The translations under genes and the position numbers were made by a program. DNA of 64,000 bases, taken from assembly GCA_963845145.1 (NCBI GenBank), contig CAWJQU010000003.1, positions 64,001 to 128,000 of the forward strand. The letters are read 5' to 3'. This DNA is from an uncultured delta proteobacterium. GTDB lineage: Bacteria > Desulfobacterota > Desulfobacteria > Desulfobacterales > QNYZ01. The notes beneath the pieces are model-generated. The model was not told where the DNA came from. It saw only the letters and a program-made list of their open reading frames with translations, and did no database searches. Of the stretch, positions 10,878-17,911 are shown in pieces. The first letter of the stretch is position 1, and each line of letters opens with the position of its first letter.

Positions 10878-11810
10878 TTAAATAAACCGACTGAGACCGA
10901 TGGTCAGAGATAATAGTAGTCCATGGGCAATCAGGCTCTGGATGGTCAACGCCTGTGCCGGAATGACCCCTTCATGGGATAAGTATTCGCGCCATAATAT
11001 TTTTATGGCTTTATTCGCCAGAGGGAAAGAGACAAAAGATATCAGTAACAGCCAGGGCAGCTTCCAGAAAAGAATCATCAAAAGAATGCTTCCATAGGCC
11101 ATCAGCATGAAGGCACTATAAACATATCTTGAGTGATCCAGTCCAAGCCTGACGACCAGGTTGTTTTTTCCGGACTGGCGATCAGCCATATAATCAGGAA
11201 ATTGATTAATCCAAATCACAGCGGTAATAAAAAACCCTTGGGGAATACCCAATAGAAACGCAATGCCACTGAGCGATCCGGACATCACATAGTACGTTCC
11301 CAAAGTGACGAGGGGCCCAAAAGCTAAAAAAATGACAATTTCCCCCCAGCCACGCGACATCAATTGCAACGGCGGCGCCGAATATGTCCAACCGGCGGCT
11401 AACCCCATAAGCCCGATCACAAAAACGAGAGGTCTGCCCATAAAAGCAAGCCATAATCCGGATAAAACGCCCACAAAGAAAAACATCAATGCTAATTTCA
11501 ATATCGCGGTCCGTGCCATCTCCCCGTTTTGAATGACCCGACTCCCGCCACTAAACGGCGTCAAACGCATGTTGATCGGATCACTTCCCCCGGCGTCGTA
11601 ATAATCGTTGATTAAATTGGCGCCCAGATGCAACCCGGCTACTCCGATGAGGGTTACAATGAAATAGATCAAAACAAACGCGTTTCTTTCATAGGCCAGG
11701 CCGCCACCTATAATTACCGGAACGAAAGAGCCGGCTAAAAATGGCGCCCGCAGTGCTCTTAGGTAGATGCTTATCATTTTAAAAATCGTTTGAGGGTTAA
11801 CATCAATCAT
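10878..11810 (-). CDS. menA: 1,4-dihydroxy-2-naphthoate prenyltransferase (UbiA family)
   Basis: NDYYD, TPFSGGSR, YSAPP, NQFPD..AD...GK.NLVVRLG; multiple TM helices. Confidence 0.8.
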   Translation of the reverse strand: MIDVNPQTIFKMISIYLRALRAPFLAGSFVPVIIGGGLAYERNAFVLIYFIVTLIGVAGLHLGANLINDYYDAGGSDPINMRLTPFSGGSRVIQNGEMARTAILKLALMFFFVGVLSGLWLAFMGRPLVFVIGLMGLAAGWTYSAPPLQLMSRGWGEIVIFLAFGPLVTLGTYYVMSGSLSGIAFLLGIPQGFFITAVIWINQFPDYMADRQSGKNNLVVRLGLDHSRYVYSAFMLMAYGSILLMILFWKLPWLLLISFVSFPLANKAIKILWREYLSHEGVIPAQALTIQSLIAHGLLLSLTIGLSRFI

Positions 11811-11867
11811 CGGAATTATGCGGCGTATTCCATCTGTCGCCCCCCCCTATTCCTTTAAGGCTTAACG

Positions 11868-12752
11868 TTAACCAGTGGCGGAGTCTTGCCCTTCTGGATC
11901 TGCCACAATGGTTTTTATTCGCTCGAAGATATCCGGGGCACTGATCTCGTTGTCTGTGGCAATTTTCTTGATCGTTAAATTTTCACTGGCTTTAATATTC
12001 TCTTTGGCCAGTCCTCGGAGAACCATTTTTATGTTTAGGTTGTATTGGCTGCATAGATCGGCGAGCGTCAGATTGCCCGTTCCGGGAGGTGGCGTTGCCG
12101 GAAGTTTTTTTACTTTTTCTAAGGCTTCCGAGGATTTAATAAGCGAGGGTTTGATAAGTGAGGGTTTTATGATCAAAAAAACTTCCTGGGGCGGGATATT
12201 ATTAAATTTTCCTATGTCGGACAGTGTCTGCATTTCACCGGAAACCGTCAATCCGGCACCCTTTAGCATTTTCAGGCTCTCTGTCAAATCCAGGCCCATC
12301 TTTTCAGTGAACGTTTTTAATGAAGAGAGCTCCGCGTGGCCGTAGGGCGGCTCACCATATTTTTCGGCTGCGGCGTCTTTGAAATGATCGCTGATACCTA
12401 AAATGGTTGAAAAAGGAGGGATTTCGAAATAGGTTCCGGCGCCAACCAGAAGAACCAAAATCAAGGCAACATTAAAGTCTTTTGTGAAAACTTTAAAATT
12501 TTTGGCTTTGTCTTTAAGGTAGGCCATGAGCGGCCTCCAGTTGTAATAAATATGGAATCCAAGGGAAATCAGGAATAAAATTCCGGTATTGATATGAATA
12601 TCTCCCCACTGCTCCTTGCTAAGGCCCCATAATCGCCAATCGGCCCAATAGGCAACACGCCCCTGGGGAACGATATAAAGAATGACACTTGTCAAAATCA
12701 TAACCAAAAAGGACACGGCTGCTGTCAGAGATGCTATTTTTCTAATCTTCAA
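11868..12752 (-). CDS. DUF4405 membrane protein (cytochrome b-like N-terminus) with soluble repeated C-terminal modules
   Basis: TSVILYIVPQGRVAYWADW, W.DIH, HIYYNW, PPYGHAE; AAGGAG RBS before TTG. Confidence 0.75.
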   Translation of the reverse strand: MKIRKIASLTAAVSFLVMILTSVILYIVPQGRVAYWADWRLWGLSKEQWGDIHINTGILFLISLGFHIYYNWRPLMAYLKDKAKNFKVFTKDFNVALILVLLVGAGTYFEIPPFSTILGISDHFKDAAAEKYGEPPYGHAELSSLKTFTEKMGLDLTESLKMLKGAGLTVSGEMQTLSDIGKFNNIPPQEVFLIIKPSLIKPSLIKSSEALEKVKKLPATPPPGTGNLTLADLCSQYNLNIKMVLRGLAKENIKASENLTIKKIATDNEISAPDIFERIKTIVADPEGQDSATG

Positions 12753-13184
12753 TGGGATCGCGCTCCTTTACCCTTCGGTAATCAATCAAATTGGGTCATA
12801 AAATAATAAATTCAGATATTATCGTCGATCTAAACCTGTTTGTGTTTGTATTGCAAGTGCCGGCAGTGTAATCGGAATTGCCGATGTAATTTAGACCCAA
12901 TTATCTATTATATTCAAAAAAGGTCATATTTCAATTGAATGTTATGCAGGACACCCGCCTTTGGTTTAACTAAAAAATCCTTAAAAATGCTCCGAGATGA
13001 CACTCTTTTTTTAGTAATTTATTATAACATATTGTAATGTATTATATTTGTTCGATCCTTGGCCATTTCCTTGATAATTTCCACGCCGATCTTGATCTCG
13101 GAATCCGGAAAATTCTACGGCCATTCAAGGTCAAAAAATAATCTCGTTTGATTGAGTCGAGCATAATATTCACTGTCTTTGCTA

Positions 13185-13201
13185 CCGGCATAATTATTGC
13201 G
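13185..13201 (+). promoter_or_regulatory. Candidate sigma-54 promoter of the lytic transglycosylase gene
   Basis: CCGGCATAATTATTGCG: GG-N10-GC spacing with GGCAT and TTGC, about 75 nt upstream of ATG 13275. Confidence 0.5.
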
Positions 13202-13274
13202 TACTTAATTGTATAAATAGTTTAGGAGCGCTGAGTGAATAATTAATGTTTGTCATGCTGCGTGAGTAATCGAT

Positions 13275-14636
13275 ATGAACCGGACACACCCAAATCGTAT
13301 CCTAATTGCCATTTTATCCTTTTATTTTTTAGTGCCTGTTTATCGACCTGCAGTCCAAGCGGAACCCGATCCCTTTCCCGTCTATTCATCTATTCAGCCC
13401 AATGTCGCCTTCTGGATTAAAATCTTTACCCAACATACATCTGAATATGCGGTTATTCATGACAACCAGGAGTTGACCCGTATATACACGGTTATCCAAT
13501 TGGTTAAGTCCGAGCATCGCGGCAGCAAAAAAATCAACCGGCTACGAATAAAAAAATCAAAGGAAAGATACAAGTCAATTTTAAGCAACCTGATGCTCGG
13601 TAAAGCCCCGGTCGGACCAACGGAACAGCGCGTCGCCGAATTGTTTGGCCCGGATGCCAAGGCCGAGGACTATCGGAAGGGCATGGAAAATATTCGGGGT
13701 CAAATCGGTCTAAAAGACCGGTTTCGTGCCGGCATCATTCGTTCGGGCGCCTACATTAACGAAATCAAACAGATTTTCCGCAAGGCCGATTTACCTGAAG
13801 ACCTCGCCTATTTGCCCCATGTGGAGTCTTCCTTTAACCCCAACGCATACAGCAAGTCGGGCGCGGTCGGGACTTGGCAATTCACCCGGCCAACCGGCAA
13901 GCTTTTCTTGAAAGTAGGTGACACCATCGATGAGCGTCGAGATCCGATGCTATCCTCTCACGCCGCGGCACAATTTCTCTGCCAAAACTATCTCAAATTA
14001 AAAAACTGGCCCATGGCCATCACGGCTTACAATCACGGCGCGAACGGTATGCTACGGGCCAAAAGATCACATGGTAGCTATGAGTCTATTCTTGAAAATT
14101 ATGAGAGCCGGTCATTTGGATTTGCTTCGCGCAATTTTTATTCAGAATTTCTGGCCGCCCGGGAAATCGCCGGAAATTATCGCAAATATTTCGGCGATCT
14201 GAAATTGGCGTCGCCCGGTAAAACCCGTGAAGTAATCCTGACCGGTTACGTATCATTGCCGGAATTGGCTCAATATTTAAAAATAACGCTTGCTGATCTA
14301 CGTAAACTCAACCCGGCCTTCAGGCAGTCGATTTTTCGGGGTCAAAAATATGTACCCAAAGGATATCCTCTGCAACTGCCGGATAGAAACAATGAAAACT
14401 GGAATGCAGTATTTTCAAAGCTGCCCGATAAATTTTACCGGCAAAAACAGCGGCGCAGTCGTGTCTATATCGTTCGCAGAGGAGACACTGCTGGAAAAAT
14501 TGCCAGGCGCCACGGAGTTACCCTAAGCGCCTTAATTGCCGCCAACAATCTAAATTCCCGAGCGACTATTTACGTCAACCAGAAAATAAAGATCCCGCTT
14601 CAGGCTGAAAAAACGATGCTCATAGCCAAAACTTAA
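13275..14636 (+). CDS. MltD-like lytic murein transglycosylase with LysM
   Basis: Signal peptide; SLT motifs LPHVESSF, AVGTWQF, AITAYNHG; C-terminal LysM YIVRRGDT..IARRHGVT...L..ANNL. Confidence 0.88.
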   Translation: MNRTHPNRILIAILSFYFLVPVYRPAVQAEPDPFPVYSSIQPNVAFWIKIFTQHTSEYAVIHDNQELTRIYTVIQLVKSEHRGSKKINRLRIKKSKERYKSILSNLMLGKAPVGPTEQRVAELFGPDAKAEDYRKGMENIRGQIGLKDRFRAGIIRSGAYINEIKQIFRKADLPEDLAYLPHVESSFNPNAYSKSGAVGTWQFTRPTGKLFLKVGDTIDERRDPMLSSHAAAQFLCQNYLKLKNWPMAITAYNHGANGMLRAKRSHGSYESILENYESRSFGFASRNFYSEFLAAREIAGNYRKYFGDLKLASPGKTREVILTGYVSLPELAQYLKITLADLRKLNPAFRQSIFRGQKYVPKGYPLQLPDRNNENWNAVFSKLPDKFYRQKQRRSRVYIVRRGDTAGKIARRHGVTLSALIAANNLNSRATIYVNQKIKIPLQAEKTMLIAKT

Positions 14637-14655
14637 CCATCTACTTACGATTTTT

Positions 14656-15303
14656 TTAGTACCGCCCTCTCTCCTTTGGAGAATTAATGATCGCGTCAAT
14701 CTCATTCTGGGATAAATACTCGGCAACATAATGTTTACCCTGAGAGTCAAGCTGTGTGCCAAATGCCCTGAGATGGTTGCGAGACCCTTTCAATAAGTTC
14801 AAATACACCCGGGTGATATCCTGTTTATCGGTCTCCGCCACCAACTCTTCCAGATCGAAAATGTCGAGATCTTCAATTGTGGCTCCCACCTGAAACGCTT
14901 CCGAAAGGGATTCACTGCCAGTGGTAATCAGGGTATTATACAGATCCTGAATATGACCATCACTAAACTCGCCTTCGGCTTTACCGGTTGAGGGATCCGA
15001 AAGCCCGTACTTATCCAAAAGATTTTTAATCGCATCCATGTGGCGTTGCTCACTTCCGGCAATATTTTCAAATATCGTTTGCCCCCAACGATCAGATAGA
15101 TACAAGTACACATCCCGTGCAAGCTTCTCTTCCTCGCGCATCTGCAACAAGCCGGCTTCTTCGTCCGGTGATAGTATGGGTGCTGAAGAGCCGCCGCCAC
15201 TATCGCCTTTTCCGCCGTTTCCCCGGCCTTGAGCCAGTACATTGGAATTGGCTAAAAACATTACCACCAGCATCATCGCACCCAGTTTCAACATTTTTCT
15301 CAT
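14656..15303 (-). CDS. Exported ferritin-like DUF2202 protein
   Basis: Signal peptide, Gly-rich linker, MREEEKLARDVY, SEQRHMDA, IEDLDIFDL, GSRNHLRAF; GGGAGG RBS. Confidence 0.85.
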   Translation of the reverse strand: MRKMLKLGAMMLVVMFLANSNVLAQGRGNGGKGDSGGGSSAPILSPDEEAGLLQMREEEKLARDVYLYLSDRWGQTIFENIAGSEQRHMDAIKNLLDKYGLSDPSTGKAEGEFSDGHIQDLYNTLITTGSESLSEAFQVGATIEDLDIFDLEELVAETDKQDITRVYLNLLKGSRNHLRAFGTQLDSQGKHYVAEYLSQNEIDAIINSPKERGRY

Positions 15304-15469
15304 TTTATCCCTCCCTGTCGGTTTGGTGTCACGTGCGTTATTATTTATGATGAACTCGTAAAAAATCATCAAAAGGGATTACGAAGCCATCATTTATTAC
15401 AACTCGCGTCTTTTATGCTCATACGCCTCTGAAGAAAAACCCAAGGGCTATTGGCAACATATGCGTAAA

Positions 15470-15495
15470 GACCTTGTAAAACGGATAAGGTTACA
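15470..15495 (-). promoter_or_regulatory. Candidate ECF promoter for the DUF2202 gene
   Basis: TGTAAC-N16-GGTC on the minus strand. Confidence 0.55.
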
Positions 15496-15565
15496 AATTT
15501 TATTATAATAGCTAAATCCGGTATCTGTCCCTTATTACCGGTACCGGTCATGTCCGAAAGATTGA

Positions 15566-15600
15566 CACCCCAATTGAGTGAAAAAGGCTCAATTGGGGTG
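15566..15600. terminator. 13-bp stem hairpin, likely terminator of the Gly-Pro repeat gene
   Basis: CACCCCAATTGAG...CTCAATTGGGGTG perfect inverted repeat downstream of 15694. Confidence 0.6.
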
Positions 15601-15693
15601 GATTGTCTCATTATATGGTTTTCATCCCAGTTCAGGTACTCACTTCGGCGCCATAGCGCTGGGGGACCATTAATTTTTAGACTTATATTTTAA

Positions 15694-16185
15694 CTAACAT
15701 TCTCCTGGGCCATATCCGGTACCGTCCTCGGGCGCGTCTCCAGTGCCACTCCCATCACCGGGACCATGACCATTCCCAGTCCCGTTACCACCGGAAGACC
15801 CGTCACCTGTGCCAGAACCTGCACCAGGACCAGAACCTGCACCAGGACCAGGACCTGCACCAGGGCCAGAGCCTGCACCGGGACCAGGACCTGCACCAGG
15901 GCCAGAGCCTGCGCCGGGACCAGGACCTGCACCGGGACCAGGACCTGCGCCGGGACCAGGACCTGCACCGGGACCAGGACCTGCACCAGGGCCAGAGCCT
16001 GCACCGGGACCAGGACCTGCACCGGGACCAGGACCTGCACCAGGGCCAGGACCTGCACCAGGGCCCTTGGCAAGCAGAACCTGTTGATTACCGTTGCTTA
16101 GGGTTGTATCGTCACCCCAGGCCAACCCTGACACCGTAAAAATGGTTAACATAATTGTAACTATCCGAATTAAATTGCGTAACAT
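15694..16185 (-). CDS. Secreted Gly/Pro-rich repeat protein, (GPGAG[P/S])x14 plus DGTG-type C-terminal motif
   Basis: AAAGGAGG RBS, signal peptide ending AWG, 14 hexapeptide repeats, tail GPGDGSGTGDAPEDGTGYGPGEC. Confidence 0.8.
   Translation of the reverse strand: MLRNLIRIVTIMLTIFTVSGLAWGDDTTLSNGNQQVLLAKGPGAGPGPGAGPGPGAGPGPGAGSGPGAGPGPGAGPGPGAGPGPGAGPGPGAGSGPGAGPGPGAGSGPGAGPGPGAGSGPGAGSGTGDGSSGGNGTGNGHGPGDGSGTGDAPEDGTGYGPGEC
15814..16065 (-). repeat. 18-nt tandem repeat, 14 copies, coding
   Basis: Units such as ggtcctggtgcaggtcct with variation at synonymous third positions. Confidence 0.9.
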
Positions 16186-16303
16186 GTTGCCTCCTTTCGA
16201 TTAAATACTGCCTCGGATTAAGGGTCACTTCAAAAGTAACCCGTTCAAGAAAAAGGCTGCTTCGCTTTCTTTTGCCTTTCCAATTTTCATTTCTAAATTC
16301 GAA

Positions 16304-16329
16304 AACGGTTCAGCCGAGGAATGGTTACA
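16304..16329 (-). promoter_or_regulatory. Candidate ECF promoter for the Gly-Pro repeat gene
   Basis: TGTAAC-N16-CGTT on the minus strand. Confidence 0.7.
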
Positions 16330-16430
16330 CTTTTTATTTACTGTTTTTGACAATTGGCTAATAAAGGCGACATATTACGTTTAAATGGAATTTTGGCTAC
16401 GGATATCTATTAGATAGTTTGCTAAAAAAC

Positions 16431-16455
16431 GTAACTTTTGATCAAAAAAAACGTT
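16431..16455 (+). promoter_or_regulatory. Candidate autoregulatory ECF promoter
   Basis: GTAAC-N16-CGTT directly upstream of GTG 16467. Confidence 0.7.
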
Positions 16456-16466
16456 ATAATACCAAG

Positions 16467-16943
16467 GTGAACAATTTCAGAGAATTCTATCAAAAGAATA
16501 AGGGCCGGCTTTTCGGCTATTTTCTGCGAATGACGGGCAATTACGACCTTTCTGCAGATCTGATGCAGGATAGTTTTACCCGTTATTTTGAACGATACAA
16601 AGGCAAGAAAGCCAGTGTGGCGTTGCTCTTTACGATTGGTCGAAACCTTTTGTTTGACAACTTTCGACGCAAAGACACCACCAAAGCCTATGAGGAAGAA
16701 AAGCACGGCTCAAACTGGGGCTTTGAAAAATCGATTCTGATCCGTGAAGAGTATCGCCAGGTTCTTTCTGCTATGCAACAGCTTCAAAAAGATGAAAGAG
16801 AGATGCTGACACTGGCCGTCAGCAGCGATCTCTCATATCGGGAGATCGCCCGCATAACCGGAAATAGCGAGGCCAACGTAAAGGTTAAAATACATCGTTC
16901 GCGGTTAAAATTGAAACAATTCCTTCGGGCAGGTGACATATGA
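16467..16943 (+). CDS. ECF-type RNA polymerase sigma-70 factor
   Basis: Region 2 (ADLMQDSF, LFTIGRN) and region 4 (LSYREIARITG.SEANVKVKIHRSR); ORF track start TTG 16419 moved to GTG 16467 because of the promoter position. Confidence 0.9.
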   Translation: MNNFREFYQKNKGRLFGYFLRMTGNYDLSADLMQDSFTRYFERYKGKKASVALLFTIGRNLLFDNFRRKDTTKAYEEEKHGSNWGFEKSILIREEYRQVLSAMQQLQKDEREMLTLAVSSDLSYREIARITGNSEANVKVKIHRSRLKLKQFLRAGDI

Positions 16944-17533
16944 GAGACAATTTAATCAGCTTGTATATTGATAACGAGATGACCCTCGATAACAAGGTTC
17001 AATTCGTGGAGACCGTCCATGCGAGTAGAGACTTTACCCACAACGCCATCGAATTGCTTCACCAGGAAAAAATTTTGACCGGTGACATGGTCACACGAAT
17101 ACCTGAGATGAAGTCAGCGCTGCCCAAACCAATTTTTCTGCGTTGGTTGCGCCCTGTGGCGGCATTTTCTGTGGTTTTATTTCTATTTACCCTTGTCTGG
17201 TTCCGCTATGACCTGCCACGAATCATATCCGGTGTGGGATCCGGTATCGAATCCGTAAGTAAAATAAAGGTCCCCCATCGATTCGTGATCTATCGCCCCG
17301 ATGCCCGCCAGGCCGAAATTATCGGTACGTTTACCGACTGGCAACCGGTCATCATGGAAAACGCCGGATCGAGTGGTTATTGGACGATTACCCTTAACCT
17401 GTATGAAGGAGAGCACCGTTACAGCTACCGGGTTGAAAAGGGGCAACAAATGGCCGATCCCACCGTTCGATTACGTGAAACAGACGATTTTGGTGGAGAA
17501 AATTCAATTATCGAGGTAAAAAGTGCCGTATGA
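16940..17533 (+). CDS. Putative anti-sigma factor with TM helix and C-terminal CBM48/AMPK-type glucan-binding domain
   Basis: LISLYIDNEM anti-sigma-like N-terminus, one TM helix, then IIGTFTDW..., GYWTITL.L..G.HRYSY.V, DPT, DDFGGENS; ATGA overlap with the sigma gene. Confidence 0.8.
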   Translation: MRDNLISLYIDNEMTLDNKVQFVETVHASRDFTHNAIELLHQEKILTGDMVTRIPEMKSALPKPIFLRWLRPVAAFSVVLFLFTLVWFRYDLPRIISGVGSGIESVSKIKVPHRFVIYRPDARQAEIIGTFTDWQPVIMENAGSSGYWTITLNLYEGEHRYSYRVEKGQQMADPTVRLRETDDFGGENSIIEVKSAV

Positions 17534-17853
17534 AAAAAGGCATATGGATACTCGTACTCGTTTATATGGGTTTGGCAGGGTGCGTACCGGGGCATTTTAC
17601 CAACAACAATGGCGATTTTATAAAACTATACCTTCGCGCGCCAAGTGCTAACGCTGTACAGTTCGTTTCCAATTTGGATCGCTATCAGATCCACGATATT
17701 GAAACAAACAGCCAGGGCCTGTGGGAGGTCCGTGTCCCCAGTCATTCTGAATTTAAATACTTTTATATCGTTGATGGTTTGGTATTTCTCCCCAACTGCC
17801 AATTTAAAGAAAACGATGATTTTGGAAGGCAAAATTGTATCTATCAGCCATGA
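17530..17853 (+). CDS. Lipoprotein with CBM48-like (E-set) domain
   Basis: Lipobox LAGC; LRAPSA..VQF, GLWEV, YFYIVDG, DDFG.QN; ATGA overlap. Confidence 0.72.
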   Translation: MKKGIWILVLVYMGLAGCVPGHFTNNNGDFIKLYLRAPSANAVQFVSNLDRYQIHDIETNSQGLWEVRVPSHSEFKYFYIVDGLVFLPNCQFKENDDFGRQNCIYQP

Positions 17854-17856
17854 CCG

Positions 17857-17881
17857 GTAACCTTTCGTGCTGTCAACCGTT
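17857..17881 (+). promoter_or_regulatory. Candidate internal ECF promoter
   Basis: GTAAC-N16-CGTT 30 nt upstream of ATG 17912. Confidence 0.7.
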
Positions 17882-17911
17882 AACTCAACAGGTGACCTGA
17901 CGGAGATCCCC

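Noticed and set aside
15346..15372. Short hairpin TGATGAACTCGTAAAAAATCATCA resembling a repeat-element end
   Set aside because: Too short, and no partner end was found.
15690..16101. Alternative-frame repeat ORFs (VLVPVQ, TCTRTR, PGPAPG) and possible CRISPR-like array
   Set aside because: Shadows of the 18-nt coding repeat. Only 15694..16185 has an RBS and signal peptide, and there are no unique spacers or cas genes.
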